Assembly: GCA_965215265.1 (NCBI GenBank)
Contig: OZ244048.1
Span: 2,208,001-2,272,000, forward strand
DNA: 64,000 nt
DNA from: Candidatus Poribacteria bacterium
GTDB taxonomy: Bacteria > Poribacteria > WGA-4E > WGA-3G
Direction: 5' to 3'
The position numbers and the translations under genes were made by a program. Shown here in pieces: positions 21,040 through 31,483 of this stretch (position 1 is its first letter; each line of letters starts with the position of its first letter). The notes under the pieces are model-generated. The model had not been told where the DNA came from. It saw only the letters and a list, made by a program, of their open reading frames with translations, and made no database searches.

Positions 21040-21861
21040 TCAATTCCACAAGTCCAGCCCAAGCAGTTTTCGTCCCAATGGGGTGAGTTGGGCGGGTCCG
21101 TAATTTTTTGCTTCCCACCCGCGCGCGTCACCCGGATAGGGCCGTCGACCCAGCGCTCTCCGTTCTCGCCATAGCGTGATGCGTTCTTGCCGTCGTTCCT
21201 CATTCATCGGCTCGGGAGCCGGATAGAAGTTCATGTATTGTGCCAATCGGGGTTTATCGGCTGTGTTGCGCCCGTTTCCGTGCGGCAGTGCTACGTGCCA
21301 TATTAGCAGTGAGCCTGCCTTCCCAGGGACCTGAACGAAGTATTCCGGGGAAATTTCTGGTACCCACGGGTTTTCTTTGTCAATCAACGATTTATGTGCG
21401 CCGGGCCAACAGACAAAAGAGCCTTGATCATCGGCTGTATCTGTCAGGAAGAGGACACCTTGTGTGCTGAACCGGACGGGTAGTTTTGATGTGTCTGCAT
21501 CCCAGTGGTACATGCCCTTATTATCCCACTCAGGGTAGTCGGGATGTTTAGGCGGTTTCATGTTAACCCGGTCCGGATGCACCCAAATCCGATGCGTACC
21601 GTAAACTTCAGTGTAGATTTGATGAATAGGAGGATGTTGGTAGACGTTCCACATGGCTTGGTGTTGGTACATCTCTACCATACCTGCGCCGGGTTTGTGA
21701 GGCGCGCGGTACCAGTCGTTTGGGTCTGAGGGGTCCATTTCCAAAAAAGCGAAGATTGCGTCGACGACTGCATCACAGAGTTCAGTTGGGACAGCATTTT
21801 CTATAAGCATGTATCCGTATTCATCAAAATGGGCACGATGTGCTTGGGTTAAAAGGCTCAT
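21040..21861 (-). CDS. Phytanoyl-CoA dioxygenase (PhyH) family Fe/2OG dioxygenase
   Basis: F.EYGY..IENAV, HWD facial-triad motif, G.AGSLLIW...LPHG, R. Start at MSLLTQ avoids overlap with the upstream gene. Confidence 0.88.
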   Translation of the reverse strand: MSLLTQAHRAHFDEYGYMLIENAVPTELCDAVVDAIFAFLEMDPSDPNDWYRAPHKPGAGMVEMYQHQAMWNVYQHPPIHQIYTEVYGTHRIWVHPDRVNMKPPKHPDYPEWDNKGMYHWDADTSKLPVRFSTQGVLFLTDTADDQGSFVCWPGAHKSLIDKENPWVPEISPEYFVQVPGKAGSLLIWHVALPHGNGRNTADKPRLAQYMNFYPAPEPMNEERRQERITLWRERRALGRRPYPGDARGWEAKNYGPAQLTPLGRKLLGLDLWN

Positions 21862-21886
21862 TACTAATTTAATTCCTTTCAAAGTT

Positions 21887-22456
21887 TCAGATTTGTTTAG
21901 GGGCCCAGACCTCAACAACGTAATAAGGTCCAGGTTCACAGTTGCGTATCTCAAAAGTGCCTGCTAATTCTAGGGCGGTGTGAAAATCATCAACGAGGCA
22001 GTGGTTATTTACACGATGCTCCTTGGCCATACCGTTGCAAGAGAGCGGTGAACACCCAAAGTCTGTTCCGATGTTACCATTCACAACATCATAACCGATG
22101 CAGGCGAACTGATGGGGAATTTGCTTCGCAGTTAACGCGTTGTAGTAGATAGCCCGTGCGCCGGTTCTATGAAATTCATAAGGGAGGATACGATACGCAA
22201 AGAGCGTGTATTTGTCCAAATCTTGGCGTGGAACAACGGACAGGGCGATTTCAGGGTTGTCATACAGCCACGTCGTTGTGTTGTGCTTCCATTTGTTCAT
22301 CCAATCGGGCGGCTCCTTTGAGATGCAACAACTCACACTGCAAATCCGGTCGACATCCTTCAGCCAATTAGCTTCTGGATTACGTTCAGGCTTAAAAATA
22401 CTACCGGCGACAATTTTCGGGAAATATCCGATGAGAATGAGTTCTTCCTTTGTCAT
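21887..22456 (-). CDS. Cys-rich hypothetical protein
   Basis: Protein-like ORF with GYFPK, ICSVSCCIS, GYDVV, CSPLSCN and EPGPYYVVEV blocks. Confidence 0.75.
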   Translation of the reverse strand: MTKEELILIGYFPKIVAGSIFKPERNPEANWLKDVDRICSVSCCISKEPPDWMNKWKHNTTTWLYDNPEIALSVVPRQDLDKYTLFAYRILPYEFHRTGARAIYYNALTAKQIPHQFACIGYDVVNGNIGTDFGCSPLSCNGMAKEHRVNNHCLVDDFHTALELAGTFEIRNCEPGPYYVVEVWAPKQI

Positions 22457-22789
22457 TACTATGACCCAGCACTTCAGAGTGAGATTCGGCAAGCTTAACA
22501 GCGGTGCGACAATGGCGTGTTAAAATAGTAACACATATTAGAAAGAAACTCAAGAAAATCTGGGGCTATTTCATTTGCGCGTGCGTTTTTCCTCCGGAGC
22601 TGGCGGTGCAAGGCTTCGGGTTTGCATCCGTGGTTCAAAACGGATTAAAAAGGTGTCAATCTCACAGAAAAGTGTTATAATATCTATAGAGCACTCCTTT
22701 TGGTATGGATTTGTTCCGATATTATACCATAGGGGTTCTCCTTTGCATACATCTTTATTTTTTGCACCGAGCTCACGTTATATTGTGTA

Positions 22790-23938
22790 ATGACGTGGAC
22801 TCTTCGTTTGTGTACTCTTTTGGAAGGAGCCGTTATGTCAAAAAGACTGCAGTTTAGCAACATAGTTTGCAGAAGACAGCAAAACTGGCTAAAAAACGTA
22901 TGCTTGTTAGTCTTTCTCGTTTTGCTGCCTGTTAGCATTTTCTGGAGTTGTAACAATGAGAAAAAGAGTCCTGAAATAGATTCATCTGCCCAGAAAAAAA
23001 ACACACCTACGAATTCTAAGGAGAGAGAGTGGCTCTCAATTATGGGTGGTGCTATTGGTGGGAGTTTTTCGCAATTTGCGGGTGCTGTTGGGCGCGTATT
23101 AGAGCAGCACGAACCACATATCAAAGTATCTATAGACGGCTCTGCAGGTTCAGTAGAAAATACACGGCGTGTGAATAGAGATGCGGAGGCGCTCGGTGTC
23201 GTTTTCGCGTCTGAAAGTTATTTAGGTTACCATGGGCAGGAAATCTTCGCGGCAGAGGGCCCCAAAAGCAATATCCGTGTAGTGACGCTGCTATTTATTG
23301 CCTACGATCAGCTGTCCACGTTAGCGAAGAGTGATGTGCACGAATTTGAAGACATTGTGGGCAAGAAGGTTGCATGCGGTGCGAGTGGTTCTGGCACGGC
23401 TCAGACGCTAGAACGTCTGGCGAAATTGGCGGGTATCTGGGGACAATTCACGCCGGTTTACAAGGGTGGCACTGCCGGTGCTGAGGGACTTCAAGATGGG
23501 CAAGTTGCCGCGTTTCAGTGGCTCGTGAGTGTGCCTAACAACGCCATTATCCAATTGACAACTATTAAATCCATCCGCATGCTTGACCTTGACACCGCTG
23601 CGAGAAAGTACGGCTTCTATGAAAAGTACCCGTTCTATCAATCGGGTATGCTGCCTGAGGGGGCTTATGAGGGCAAAGTAGAACCGGTAAAGACAATCCT
23701 AATGCCGACAGTACTAATTGCCCACAAAGACGTTCGGACGGAGACTATCTACGCGCTGCTCAAGCATACCTACTCGTCGGAGGGCCATAAAATGCTGCGC
23801 GATACGACGCAAGCAGCCGCAGATATGACAATTGAGAACGCGCCGAAGGCGTTTGTGATTCCACTCCACGCTGGTGCGTATAAATTCTGGAGCGAACAAG
23901 GGGTAGAGATTCCTGAGCATGCGATGCCAGTAAAGTGA
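22790..23938 (+). CDS. TAXI family TRAP transporter solute-binding protein (probable lipoprotein; start uncertain)
   Basis: GG.IGGSF, GSVEN, G.SGSGT, IPLHAGAYKFWSEQG. Confidence 0.9.
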   Translation: MTWTLRLCTLLEGAVMSKRLQFSNIVCRRQQNWLKNVCLLVFLVLLPVSIFWSCNNEKKSPEIDSSAQKKNTPTNSKEREWLSIMGGAIGGSFSQFAGAVGRVLEQHEPHIKVSIDGSAGSVENTRRVNRDAEALGVVFASESYLGYHGQEIFAAEGPKSNIRVVTLLFIAYDQLSTLAKSDVHEFEDIVGKKVACGASGSGTAQTLERLAKLAGIWGQFTPVYKGGTAGAEGLQDGQVAAFQWLVSVPNNAIIQLTTIKSIRMLDLDTAARKYGFYEKYPFYQSGMLPEGAYEGKVEPVKTILMPTVLIAHKDVRTETIYALLKHTYSSEGHKMLRDTTQAAADMTIENAPKAFVIPLHAGAYKFWSEQGVEIPEHAMPVK

Positions 23939-24202
23939 CAAATTCTTTATTTTAATGGGACATTATCTCCTCGCTATCTCTTAGTCCGGCTGGCGTGGCA
24001 TTTGTCTAACTTTCTCATAGGCTGCTTTGGTAATTAGAGGCGTGTCCGCCGAGGCAACTGTGTTTGCGAGGAGTCCGGAAATCGTTGCGCGTGTGTTAAA
24101 AAATATGGTATAATAGGATTTAAAGGAGATTATAGGGTGGTTCTATCTACGGTGCTGTCGGCAGTCAGGTAAATCATCAGAGCGGAGTCGCCCTACACTT
24201 TC

Positions 24203-25369
24203 GTGAGAGGAAAGAAAAAGGTTATTATCATCGGTGGCGGTGTGATAGGCCTCGGTATCGGTTGGCAGCTTGCGAAATCCGGGTGTTTGGTTACGCTCTA
24301 TGAGCGGCATCGTGCGGGCCGTGCTGCGTCGTGGGCAGCAGCGGGGATGCTCGCCCCCCTGGCTGAGGCACACACTGAAGAGCCGGAACTCCTGAGGTTA
24401 GGGTGCCACAGTTTGGAGCTCTATCCGCATTGGGTAAACGAATTAGAAGCCGATGCACAGATGTCTATCGGGTACCGGGCAGAGGGCACACTCATCATCG
24501 GATTGGAACCGGATGATACACAACAACTTCGGCATCTCTATGTGTCACAGCAGCACCTCGGTTTGGAGGTGGAATGGCTGAGCGGCCGTGAGGCGCGTGG
24601 GATTGAACCGGTGCTCTCGCCACGTGTGACGGCGGCGATCCGGTGTGCGGCAGACCATCAGGTTGACAACCGTTTGATGGTGGACGCGCTTGTGCATGCG
24701 TATCAAGGGTGTGGTGGCACCTTATGCGAAAATAGCAGCGTGGTAGAGATCCGGGTAAAAAACGGTATTGTGGTGGGCATCCAGACACAAAACGGCTTTG
24801 AAAGCGGGGATGTGGTTGTGCTTGCAGCCGGCTGCTGGTCGGGGCAGATAGAGGGTTTACCGGATGAGAGTCTGCCGCCGGTGCGTCCTGTTAAAGGGCA
24901 GATGTTAGCACTGCAGATGGAGGGCGGTATCACGCTAAAAACAGTCACTCGCACCGTCAGGGCAAGGTATCCGATGTCAGTGTATCTTGTGCCGAAAGCC
25001 GATGGGAGACTCATCATCGGTGCGACGAGTGAAGAGATGGGATTTGATACGCGTTTAACCGCGGGGGGTGTATTTGAATTGCTTCGCGGTGCGTGGGAGG
25101 CGGTGCCGGGGGTTTACGAACTACCAATTTTAGAGACATGGGCAGGCTTGCGTCCAGGGAGCCGAGATAGCGCGCCCTTGCTCGGATATACTTCGGTTGC
25201 GAATCTAATTTTGGCAACCGGGCATTATCGGAACGGTATTTTGCTCACGCCCGTAACTGCCTATGAAATAGCGAAACTCATCCAGACAGATGAGGTATCC
25301 GCCATCATCGCCCCGTTTGGGCTCGGTCGATTTTCAATGGAGAAACAGGTTGATGAGGATACGGGTTAA
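24203..25369 (+). CDS. thiO: Glycine oxidase
   Basis: IIGGGVIG, ASWAAAGML, PVKGQ, WAGLRP, GHYRNGILL; upstream of thiS and thiG. Confidence 0.94.
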   Translation: MRGKKKVIIIGGGVIGLGIGWQLAKSGCLVTLYERHRAGRAASWAAAGMLAPLAEAHTEEPELLRLGCHSLELYPHWVNELEADAQMSIGYRAEGTLIIGLEPDDTQQLRHLYVSQQHLGLEVEWLSGREARGIEPVLSPRVTAAIRCAADHQVDNRLMVDALVHAYQGCGGTLCENSSVVEIRVKNGIVVGIQTQNGFESGDVVVLAAGCWSGQIEGLPDESLPPVRPVKGQMLALQMEGGITLKTVTRTVRARYPMSVYLVPKADGRLIIGATSEEMGFDTRLTAGGVFELLRGAWEAVPGVYELPILETWAGLRPGSRDSAPLLGYTSVANLILATGHYRNGILLTPVTAYEIAKLIQTDEVSAIIAPFGLGRFSMEKQVDEDTG

Positions 25370-25559
25370 CGGTGAGAACAGAGAGGTTAGGTCTGATTTA
25401 ACCGTCTACGAATTGCTGGTGGTGATGGAGCTCAATCCGGGGCAGCCGGGCATTGCGATTGCGGTAGACCGGGAGGTCGTTCCGAAGGCGACATGGCAGC
25501 AGAAAACGCTTCGCGAAAATAGTGAGGTCGAGATTATTCGCGCCGTTCAGGGCGGCTAA
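25353..25559 (+). CDS. thiS: Sulfur carrier protein ThiS
   Basis: MRIRVNGE...EIIRAVQGG with C-terminal GG. Confidence 0.95.
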   Translation: MRIRVNGENREVRSDLTVYELLVVMELNPGQPGIAIAVDREVVPKATWQQKTLRENSEVEIIRAVQGG

Positions 25560-25681
25560 CGCACCGGATAATGGACGCGATAAAATGAACAGTAGACTTG
25601 CACCTGCAACTGCTGCCCTTTTCAGGAATATCAGTAACCGGGCAATGGGGTGGCCCTGTATAAACCGGTAGAGGAAAATAG

Positions 25682-26449
25682 ATGGAAGAATTCAGAATAG
25701 CAGATAAAACCTATCACTCGAGACTGCTAATCGGAACAGCAGGATATCCGAATTTCCAAGTGATGACAGAGGCAATCGCGGCAAGTGGTGCGGAAATCGC
25801 CACGGTGTCAATGCGTCGCGTGAGACTTACGGAGGACTTCGATGAAAACATGTTCTCGTTGCTCCAGGAACGCAATATCACGGTTCTGCCGAATACGGCT
25901 GGCTGTTTCACGGTGAAGGAGACTATCTTCACCGCACAACTTGCAAGAGAAGCATTAGGAACAACGTTGATTAAATTGGAAGTCATTGGGGACGAACAGA
26001 CGCTGTTTCCGGATGTAGAGAATCTCCTCATTGCTGCGGAAATGCTGATAAAAGACGGTTTTACCGTGCTGCCCTACTGCAACGACGATCCGGTTACTTG
26101 TAAGAAACTGGAAGATATCGGGTGTGCAGCTGTGATGCCCCTCGGTGCGCCAATTGGGTCCGGTATGGGGATTCGTAACCCGTATAACATACAGATTATC
26201 CGGGATAGTGTGCAAGTCCCGGTTATAGTGGATGCTGGAGTTGGCACTGCATCGGATGCCGCAATAGCGATGGAATTGGGCTGCGACGGTGTGCTTCTCA
26301 ATACAGCGATTGCCAAAGCACGTCGTCCGGTGTTGATGGCAGAAGCGATGAAAAAAGCGATTGAAGCGGGTAGGGCGGCATTTTTAGCTGGACGCATTCC
26401 ACGAAAACTTTACGCGAGCGCGTCAAGCCCGCAAGAAGGTCTAATCTGA
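25682..26449 (+). CDS. thiG: Thiazole synthase
   Basis: [35 protein letters not shown]. Confidence 0.97.
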   Translation: MEEFRIADKTYHSRLLIGTAGYPNFQVMTEAIAASGAEIATVSMRRVRLTEDFDENMFSLLQERNITVLPNTAGCFTVKETIFTAQLAREALGTTLIKLEVIGDEQTLFPDVENLLIAAEMLIKDGFTVLPYCNDDPVTCKKLEDIGCAAVMPLGAPIGSGMGIRNPYNIQIIRDSVQVPVIVDAGVGTASDAAIAMELGCDGVLLNTAIAKARRPVLMAEAMKKAIEAGRAAFLAGRIPRKLYASASSPQEGLI

Positions 26450-26462
26450 TTAGGGGCAGCTT

Positions 26463-27701
26463 GTGAAAAAAAGATTTCTCCTCGCGCTATCGGTTGGCAT
26501 ATTTTGCCCAGGACTCTGGATATACTTGTTTATTTTTACCTGCCTGGTAGGGGCGGAATTTGCTGTCGCACAATTTCAGAGTGAATTCGGTCAAAGCATC
26601 CTACAACGAAAAGCGGAAACCTCTGAAACCGAACCGGCGGAACTCACAATTGACTACTACATCTCCAATACGTTCAACGATCATATTGAATTGGGATTAA
26701 GCGTTGACCCATATACGAGTGCCCTCGCGGGGCAAGAGAACCCGCAGCTTGAAGGTCTGATTAACCGGGTAGGCGTTAACCTGCAAGGCGACCTGCCGAT
26801 AGCAGAGCGGCTCCGAATGAGCTTGGAATACGCACCGCAGATTGAAAACTATACCGGTGCGGACGGGAAACTCGACGAATTTGACGGTTTGACAGACGTT
26901 TTCTTAGCCGAGCTCGCTTTTCGTCCGGTTCAAGAATTACCGCCGTTCGTCGCTTCACATCAATTTCAACGTTTGGTCCGGACATCGGCTGTCTATAACA
27001 ACAACGAACGACAGTTCAAATTCCGCTTTGGGCGCATCCTGGAATATAGCCTCCGGATGCACCGATTCGACGATGAACAGACGCGCCGAGAGGATTTCCT
27101 GCTCGTCGGCTCAACGATGCACAAGGGAACAGCCAGGATTCAATTCGGCTTGCCAAAACAGGTGGTGGCAAAAGCAGAGTACGGGTTGGAATCTGGGCAC
27201 TACAAGACGAATTTGAACAATCTCATCTTAGGTGTGACAGGCCTTGAAGACGACGAACGTCGAAGGGACTGGCGACATTTCGGTTCGGCGAAGTTGCTAC
27301 ATGTGGCAGCAGAGCGGTTCGTGTTTCAGGAAGAATTCAACCTTTTTGTCAACAGGTCCAACGTCGATTTCTTTAATTTTTCTAGTACTGAGGCATCGGT
27401 AAGCACCTTTTACAGAATTGCGTCCGGGCGTTGGCTCCGGCTGCGGTTATCCAGATTATGGGTGCAGTTTGATGGTAGGCACATCCGTGATGAGACGGGG
27501 CTTATCCGAGAAAACACGGAGAATAGGAGAGATACGCAATTCGGGGTGACTGCACAGGTGAACTGGCAATTCAACGGGTATCTAACACTGAATGCTAATT
27601 ATCAGTTGACGCAAAACCGCACGAATGAAGCGGATGTGCTGCTCAGTTTTCTAAATTATAATCATAATGTGCTCAGTCTCACCGTGCGCGGGAGTTATTA
27701 A
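26463..27701 (+). CDS. Putative outer-membrane beta-barrel protein
   Basis: N-terminal hydrophobic segment, amphipathic beta strands, terminal aromatic residue (LSLTVRGSY). Confidence 0.65.
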   Translation: MKKRFLLALSVGIFCPGLWIYLFIFTCLVGAEFAVAQFQSEFGQSILQRKAETSETEPAELTIDYYISNTFNDHIELGLSVDPYTSALAGQENPQLEGLINRVGVNLQGDLPIAERLRMSLEYAPQIENYTGADGKLDEFDGLTDVFLAELAFRPVQELPPFVASHQFQRLVRTSAVYNNNERQFKFRFGRILEYSLRMHRFDDEQTRREDFLLVGSTMHKGTARIQFGLPKQVVAKAEYGLESGHYKTNLNNLILGVTGLEDDERRRDWRHFGSAKLLHVAAERFVFQEEFNLFVNRSNVDFFNFSSTEASVSTFYRIASGRWLRLRLSRLWVQFDGRHIRDETGLIRENTENRRDTQFGVTAQVNWQFNGYLTLNANYQLTQNRTNEADVLLSFLNYNHNVLSLTVRGSY

Positions 27702-27844
27702 TTTGGGCATCCCCTCTCAAAAAAATTAGCGTCCTCCTTTAAAGAGCTTCAACTTCCCCTCTGACGCAATCAAGGTGTAACACCGGGCAATCGCATCAGC
27801 GACGATAGGTTCGTCAGGCGTATCCCACAGCAGTAGATAATCAA
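27617..27844 (+). repeat. ~228-bp direct repeat, copy 1 (3' ends of both convergent genes)
   Basis: Matches 28799-29027 with about 5 transitions and one extra A. Confidence 0.92.
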
Positions 27845-27929
27845 GGAAAAGAGCGGCACACTCACGGCGAAGTTGTAGAACCGTATTAAAAGGAGGGTAT
27901 ACGGTGCCGGTAGCCCGCTTGAGTCGTTT

Positions 27930-28280
27930 TCAACTCCCTTTATTCCAAAACCTCCGCGAAGGCAATCTGTTTGAAAAACCCCAAAGGACACCAAGAGGAA
28001 GCCATATAAAGATGCCTATCTCACTCACCTTTTTCACAAACAAAACGGTTTTATCTTGTAAATTGAGGGAACTCCCCTCATTTGCACGTTGACGCGTCTG
28101 GGCAGCAATGCTATGGAATTCGACTAAATCTCCTGTCATCTGGTCCTTACTTTCGGTGTCTGCGAATGTGATATAAAAGAGAAAGGGGACTATCGGGTGA
28201 TACCATAAACTTCCTACCACAATTCCGAGTAAAACTTTGCCGGAAAACGCGAATATGCTCGACCATCTTAGTTTTTTCAT
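27930..28280 (-). CDS. Small membrane hypothetical protein (possibly an internally deleted remnant)
   Basis: AGGAG RBS before MKKLRW; two hydrophobic segments; lies between the direct repeats. Confidence 0.4.
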   Translation of the reverse strand: MKKLRWSSIFAFSGKVLLGIVVGSLWYHPIVPFLFYITFADTESKDQMTGDLVEFHSIAAQTRQRANEGSSLNLQDKTVLFVKKVSEIGIFIWLPLGVLWGFSNRLPSRRFWNKGS

Positions 28281-28593
28281 AAAAACTCCTGCTGAACAGG
28301 CAGGGAATCCAGAGGCTACCTGCCTGTTCCGGTAAGAGGATTTCCTGCCATCAGTTGCACCAGCGGCAGCTTTCTCCCTCATGGATGTTGCTTGAACCAG
28401 ACTGTGCACACCGCCATGTGACATTCGAGTTATATCCAAAATCCTGTGCATCCGCCTCGGAACCGAAGGTACTCGTTTCGTCAGAGGCGTAACGAATTCC
28501 GCTCACTTGCACATTTGCACCAGTGCGGTAAAAGTAGTCTATCGCATAATGACTGTCAAGGTTTTGGATAGTTTCAATGAATTTAATTAAGAA

Positions 28594-28800
28594 ATGTCTG
28601 AAAATAGCATTCTCCTCTTGTGCGTTGCGTTCGTTATTCGTATTCAAGCCGTTCGTTTCATCCTATACGGAAAGTTTACCGGAAGCGACCCCCTATTTCT
28701 ACTACAAGCACGCACGACTTATATCAGAACACGGACATCTCTCCGCACAGGATATGGACCTTTGGCTGCCCCTTGGCAGAGACTTAAATCAGACGCTGCC
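28594..28800 (+). pseudogene. Frameshifted N-terminal fragment of an STT3/oligosaccharyltransferase-like protein
   Basis: Removing one C from the C5 run at 28689-28693 gives LLLCVAFVIRIQ...FTGSDPYFYYKHARLISEHGHLSAQDMDLWLPLGRDL; cut off by repeat copy 2. Confidence 0.6.
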
Positions 28801-29027
28801 GCACGAATGAAGCAGATGCGCTGCTCAGTTTTCTAAATTATAATCATAATGTGCTCAGTCTCACCGTGCGCGGGAGTTATTAATTTAGGCATCCCCTCTC
28901 AAAAAAAATTAGCGCCCTCCCTTAAAGAGCTTCAACTTCCCCTCTGACGCAATCAAGGTGTAACACCGGGCAATCGCATCAGCGACGATAGGTTCGTCAG
29001 GCGTATCCCACAGCAGTAGATAATCAA
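28799..29027 (+). repeat. ~228-bp direct repeat, copy 2
   Basis: See 27617-27844. Confidence 0.92.
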
Positions 29028-30438
29028 CGTTATCGGCATACCGACATAAATCAATCTCTTCTGCACGCCAATGAACGGTTTGCACCCACTCTTTCTCTTC
29101 TGTCGGTGCCTCAAAATCATCTTTGAAACGAATCGGGAAATAATCAAACTGTACCTCGTAGTTGCCGAGGTTAATGCAGCCGTTGTCCAAGCAGTAGTAA
29201 TTGGCGGCGTTAACGAAGATACCTACCTTAAGAGCTGTTCCGCGCGGTTCGAAATGGAGGGGCAGAATGACTCTGTTCTTCTCAACCCGCTGGACGAAGG
29301 CATTAAATTCTTGCAATTCGGCGTTGAGATTTTTGCAGAGATAGCCGACGTATAGCACGTTAATCAAGGCGAGCATTGTGACGATGCCGGTAAATACCTG
29401 TTTTCCTTTATCGGTATCGCTTTCGCGGAACCAGGCGAATATTGCGAGCGTAGCTAAAATCGCGAGCCTGTCGTTCACCCAGCCCCCGGGGCCGATAGAG
29501 TCTGGCAGTATCAAGTAAAGTCCGAAAAGTACGCTAAATAAAAACAGAAAAGTGCGCTGCCCGGTGGACTCATCGTTGGGGGCATTTCGGTTCTGCCATA
29601 GCGTCCGGACCGTCAGATAAATAAGGATGGCTGTGACAGCGTAGGAAACCCATCTCTGATTTTCGTTGAACGCGATGAGCACCTCCAGGCTAAGAATCTC
29701 TTTTAACAGTTCGCCGACACGCTCGAATCCAATTTCAGGCGGCTCACCTGCTAACAGGTCCGAAGTCGGTAGATAGACAAGTAACAGGAGTGCTGCAGGC
29801 AGCACATAAACCGCTGTCCAGACGATCTGCTTCAGGTTGCTTCTGAAATGGAGCAGCGCGAGGAACGCGATAGAGAATAAGACAAACGCATAAGAGATGA
29901 GGTGCGCAAAATAGGTGAGGACGAGGAGGAAATTCAGTAGGACAGCACGTTTAATGCTCATCTGGCCTTTATGTCGGTACCAATACCCGAGTGCCAAGAA
30001 AAAGAGCGGCACACTCACGGCGAAGTTGTAGAATCCCATCAAAAAGAGGTAGTTGTAGATAAACGTAAAACTAAGGATGACGAGCGAATGTCGTCCCGGA
30101 TGAACTGCGGTAAGAAAATAGCGGATGGCTAACGGAAATAGGATGACGTAGAGGCTCAGGAAGACTTTCTCTGCTATTAACGGCGGGAAGACGAACATTA
30201 GCATCGCTAAAGAGAAGTGCGATAGCCAGTTCGGAAAGGGGTACCAATTGATTTCATAATAGGTGCGAAACTGATATGCAGGGTTGTTGTACTCCGTCAA
30301 AATCTGCGAATTATAGACGTGGCTGACCCCGTCTTGCGTCGGGAAATAAGGGAATAACCAGATCGGTAGTAAGTAGATGACAATTAACACGACTATTAAA
30401 AGTAGGGATTTTTCAGAGAAACGGGAGAAGAATGGCAT
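28909..30438 (-). CDS. Polytopic membrane protein, GT-C-like glycosyltransferase candidate
   Basis: About 11 TM helices; P.QDG.SH in the first loop, MGFYNF, H..S and DR motifs; soluble C-terminal domain. Confidence 0.7.
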   Translation of the reverse strand: MPFFSRFSEKSLLLIVVLIVIYLLPIWLFPYFPTQDGVSHVYNSQILTEYNNPAYQFRTYYEINWYPFPNWLSHFSLAMLMFVFPPLIAEKVFLSLYVILFPLAIRYFLTAVHPGRHSLVILSFTFIYNYLFLMGFYNFAVSVPLFFLALGYWYRHKGQMSIKRAVLLNFLLVLTYFAHLISYAFVLFSIAFLALLHFRSNLKQIVWTAVYVLPAALLLLVYLPTSDLLAGEPPEIGFERVGELLKEILSLEVLIAFNENQRWVSYAVTAILIYLTVRTLWQNRNAPNDESTGQRTFLFLFSVLFGLYLILPDSIGPGGWVNDRLAILATLAIFAWFRESDTDKGKQVFTGIVTMLALINVLYVGYLCKNLNAELQEFNAFVQRVEKNRVILPLHFEPRGTALKVGIFVNAANYYCLDNGCINLGNYEVQFDYFPIRFKDDFEAPTEEKEWVQTVHWRAEEIDLCRYADNVDYLLLWDTPDEPIVADAIARCYTLIASEGKLKLFKGGR

Positions 30439-30557
30439 CGTTTTTTTCCTTTTAATTTTTTTCGGTTTGCTGCTATAATATTATCACTTGAGAGTTCACT
30501 TTGCAAGTCCTATAGTGCAAAAACAGATTTTGCCGAAATAATTTTTCAGGAGGAACG

Positions 30558-31346
30558 ATGAAATACGTTTCTATGATCGTGTTAGTTTTGTTAATTAATT
30601 TGTGTGGCATTTCCTATGCGGACTTAATGGAAGGCTTGGTTTTGTACATGCCGCTTGATGAAGGTACAGGAACCGCAACACATGATATGTCTGCGAACGG
30701 CTTTGAAGGCGAAGTGGTAGGTGCCGCAGCATGGATTGACGGAAAATTTGGGAAAGCCCTTCACTTTGCTGCCTCAGCAGATCACGTCGTGGTTGAGGAT
30801 GATGCCGCGTTTCATATTGAGGGCGAGATTACACAAGCGGCGTGGGTACAATTAGACCGGCTCCCGAGCGCGCATGCGATTATCTTTGGCACCCGGCAGA
30901 GCGGTGCAACTCGCCATATCGGTTTCGGCTTCGGTATGAATCCTGCCAACGGCATCAAAGTCTGGACAAACGGCGCAGCTGGCGGGTTTAAGGACATCAA
31001 CGATAATGAAACCGAACTCGAACTCGGCAAGTGGTATTATCTCGCTTATACACATACCGATGATAACAACGGATTGGTTGAGATTTACGTTGATGGCGAG
31101 GTGACGTACTCAGAAGAATCAGCGAACCCTGTGGCTCCCGCTGAAAATACCAGCGCGGTGACTATTGGGACCTGGGGCGGTGAGGCCTGGACAGGCAGCG
31201 TCGACGAGGTGCGCCTTTGGAACCGGGCACTCTCAGCAGAGGAGATTAAAGAGAGCATGAACCAAGACGCATCAGCATTCTTGACCCCTGTGGAACCCCA
31301 AGGAAAACTCACTACGACTTGGGCTGGTATTAAGTCCTTCCGGTAG
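30558..31346 (+). CDS. Secreted LamG domain protein with TW(A/G)xxK tail
   Basis: LVLYMPLDEGTG, GKFGKAL, WYYLAYT, GSVDEVRLWNRALS; ends PVEPQGKLTTTWAGIK. Confidence 0.9.
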   Translation: MKYVSMIVLVLLINLCGISYADLMEGLVLYMPLDEGTGTATHDMSANGFEGEVVGAAAWIDGKFGKALHFAASADHVVVEDDAAFHIEGEITQAAWVQLDRLPSAHAIIFGTRQSGATRHIGFGFGMNPANGIKVWTNGAAGGFKDINDNETELELGKWYYLAYTHTDDNNGLVEIYVDGEVTYSEESANPVAPAENTSAVTIGTWGGEAWTGSVDEVRLWNRALSAEEIKESMNQDASAFLTPVEPQGKLTTTWAGIKSFR

Positions 31347-31483
31347 CACGGATAAGCGCGTTTTCTTAATCTTAATCGTTAGGCGGATGTATCGCGTCGG
31401 AACACGGATAGCATCCGCCATTTCATACTGCATTTTATAGTCACCTGATATAAGCATAGAACCAAACTAAGGAGGAGGTTATC

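Noticed and set aside
23940-24202. TPP riboswitch upstream of thiO
   Set aside because: The conserved GCTGAGA and ACCTG...AGCG.AGG elements were not found in the right arrangement; only an extended -10 (TGGTATAAT) is visible.
27617-29027. Diversity-generating retroelement TR/VR pair
   Set aside because: Differences are mixed G/A and T/C transitions plus an indel, not confined to adenines of one copy; no reverse transcriptase in the window.
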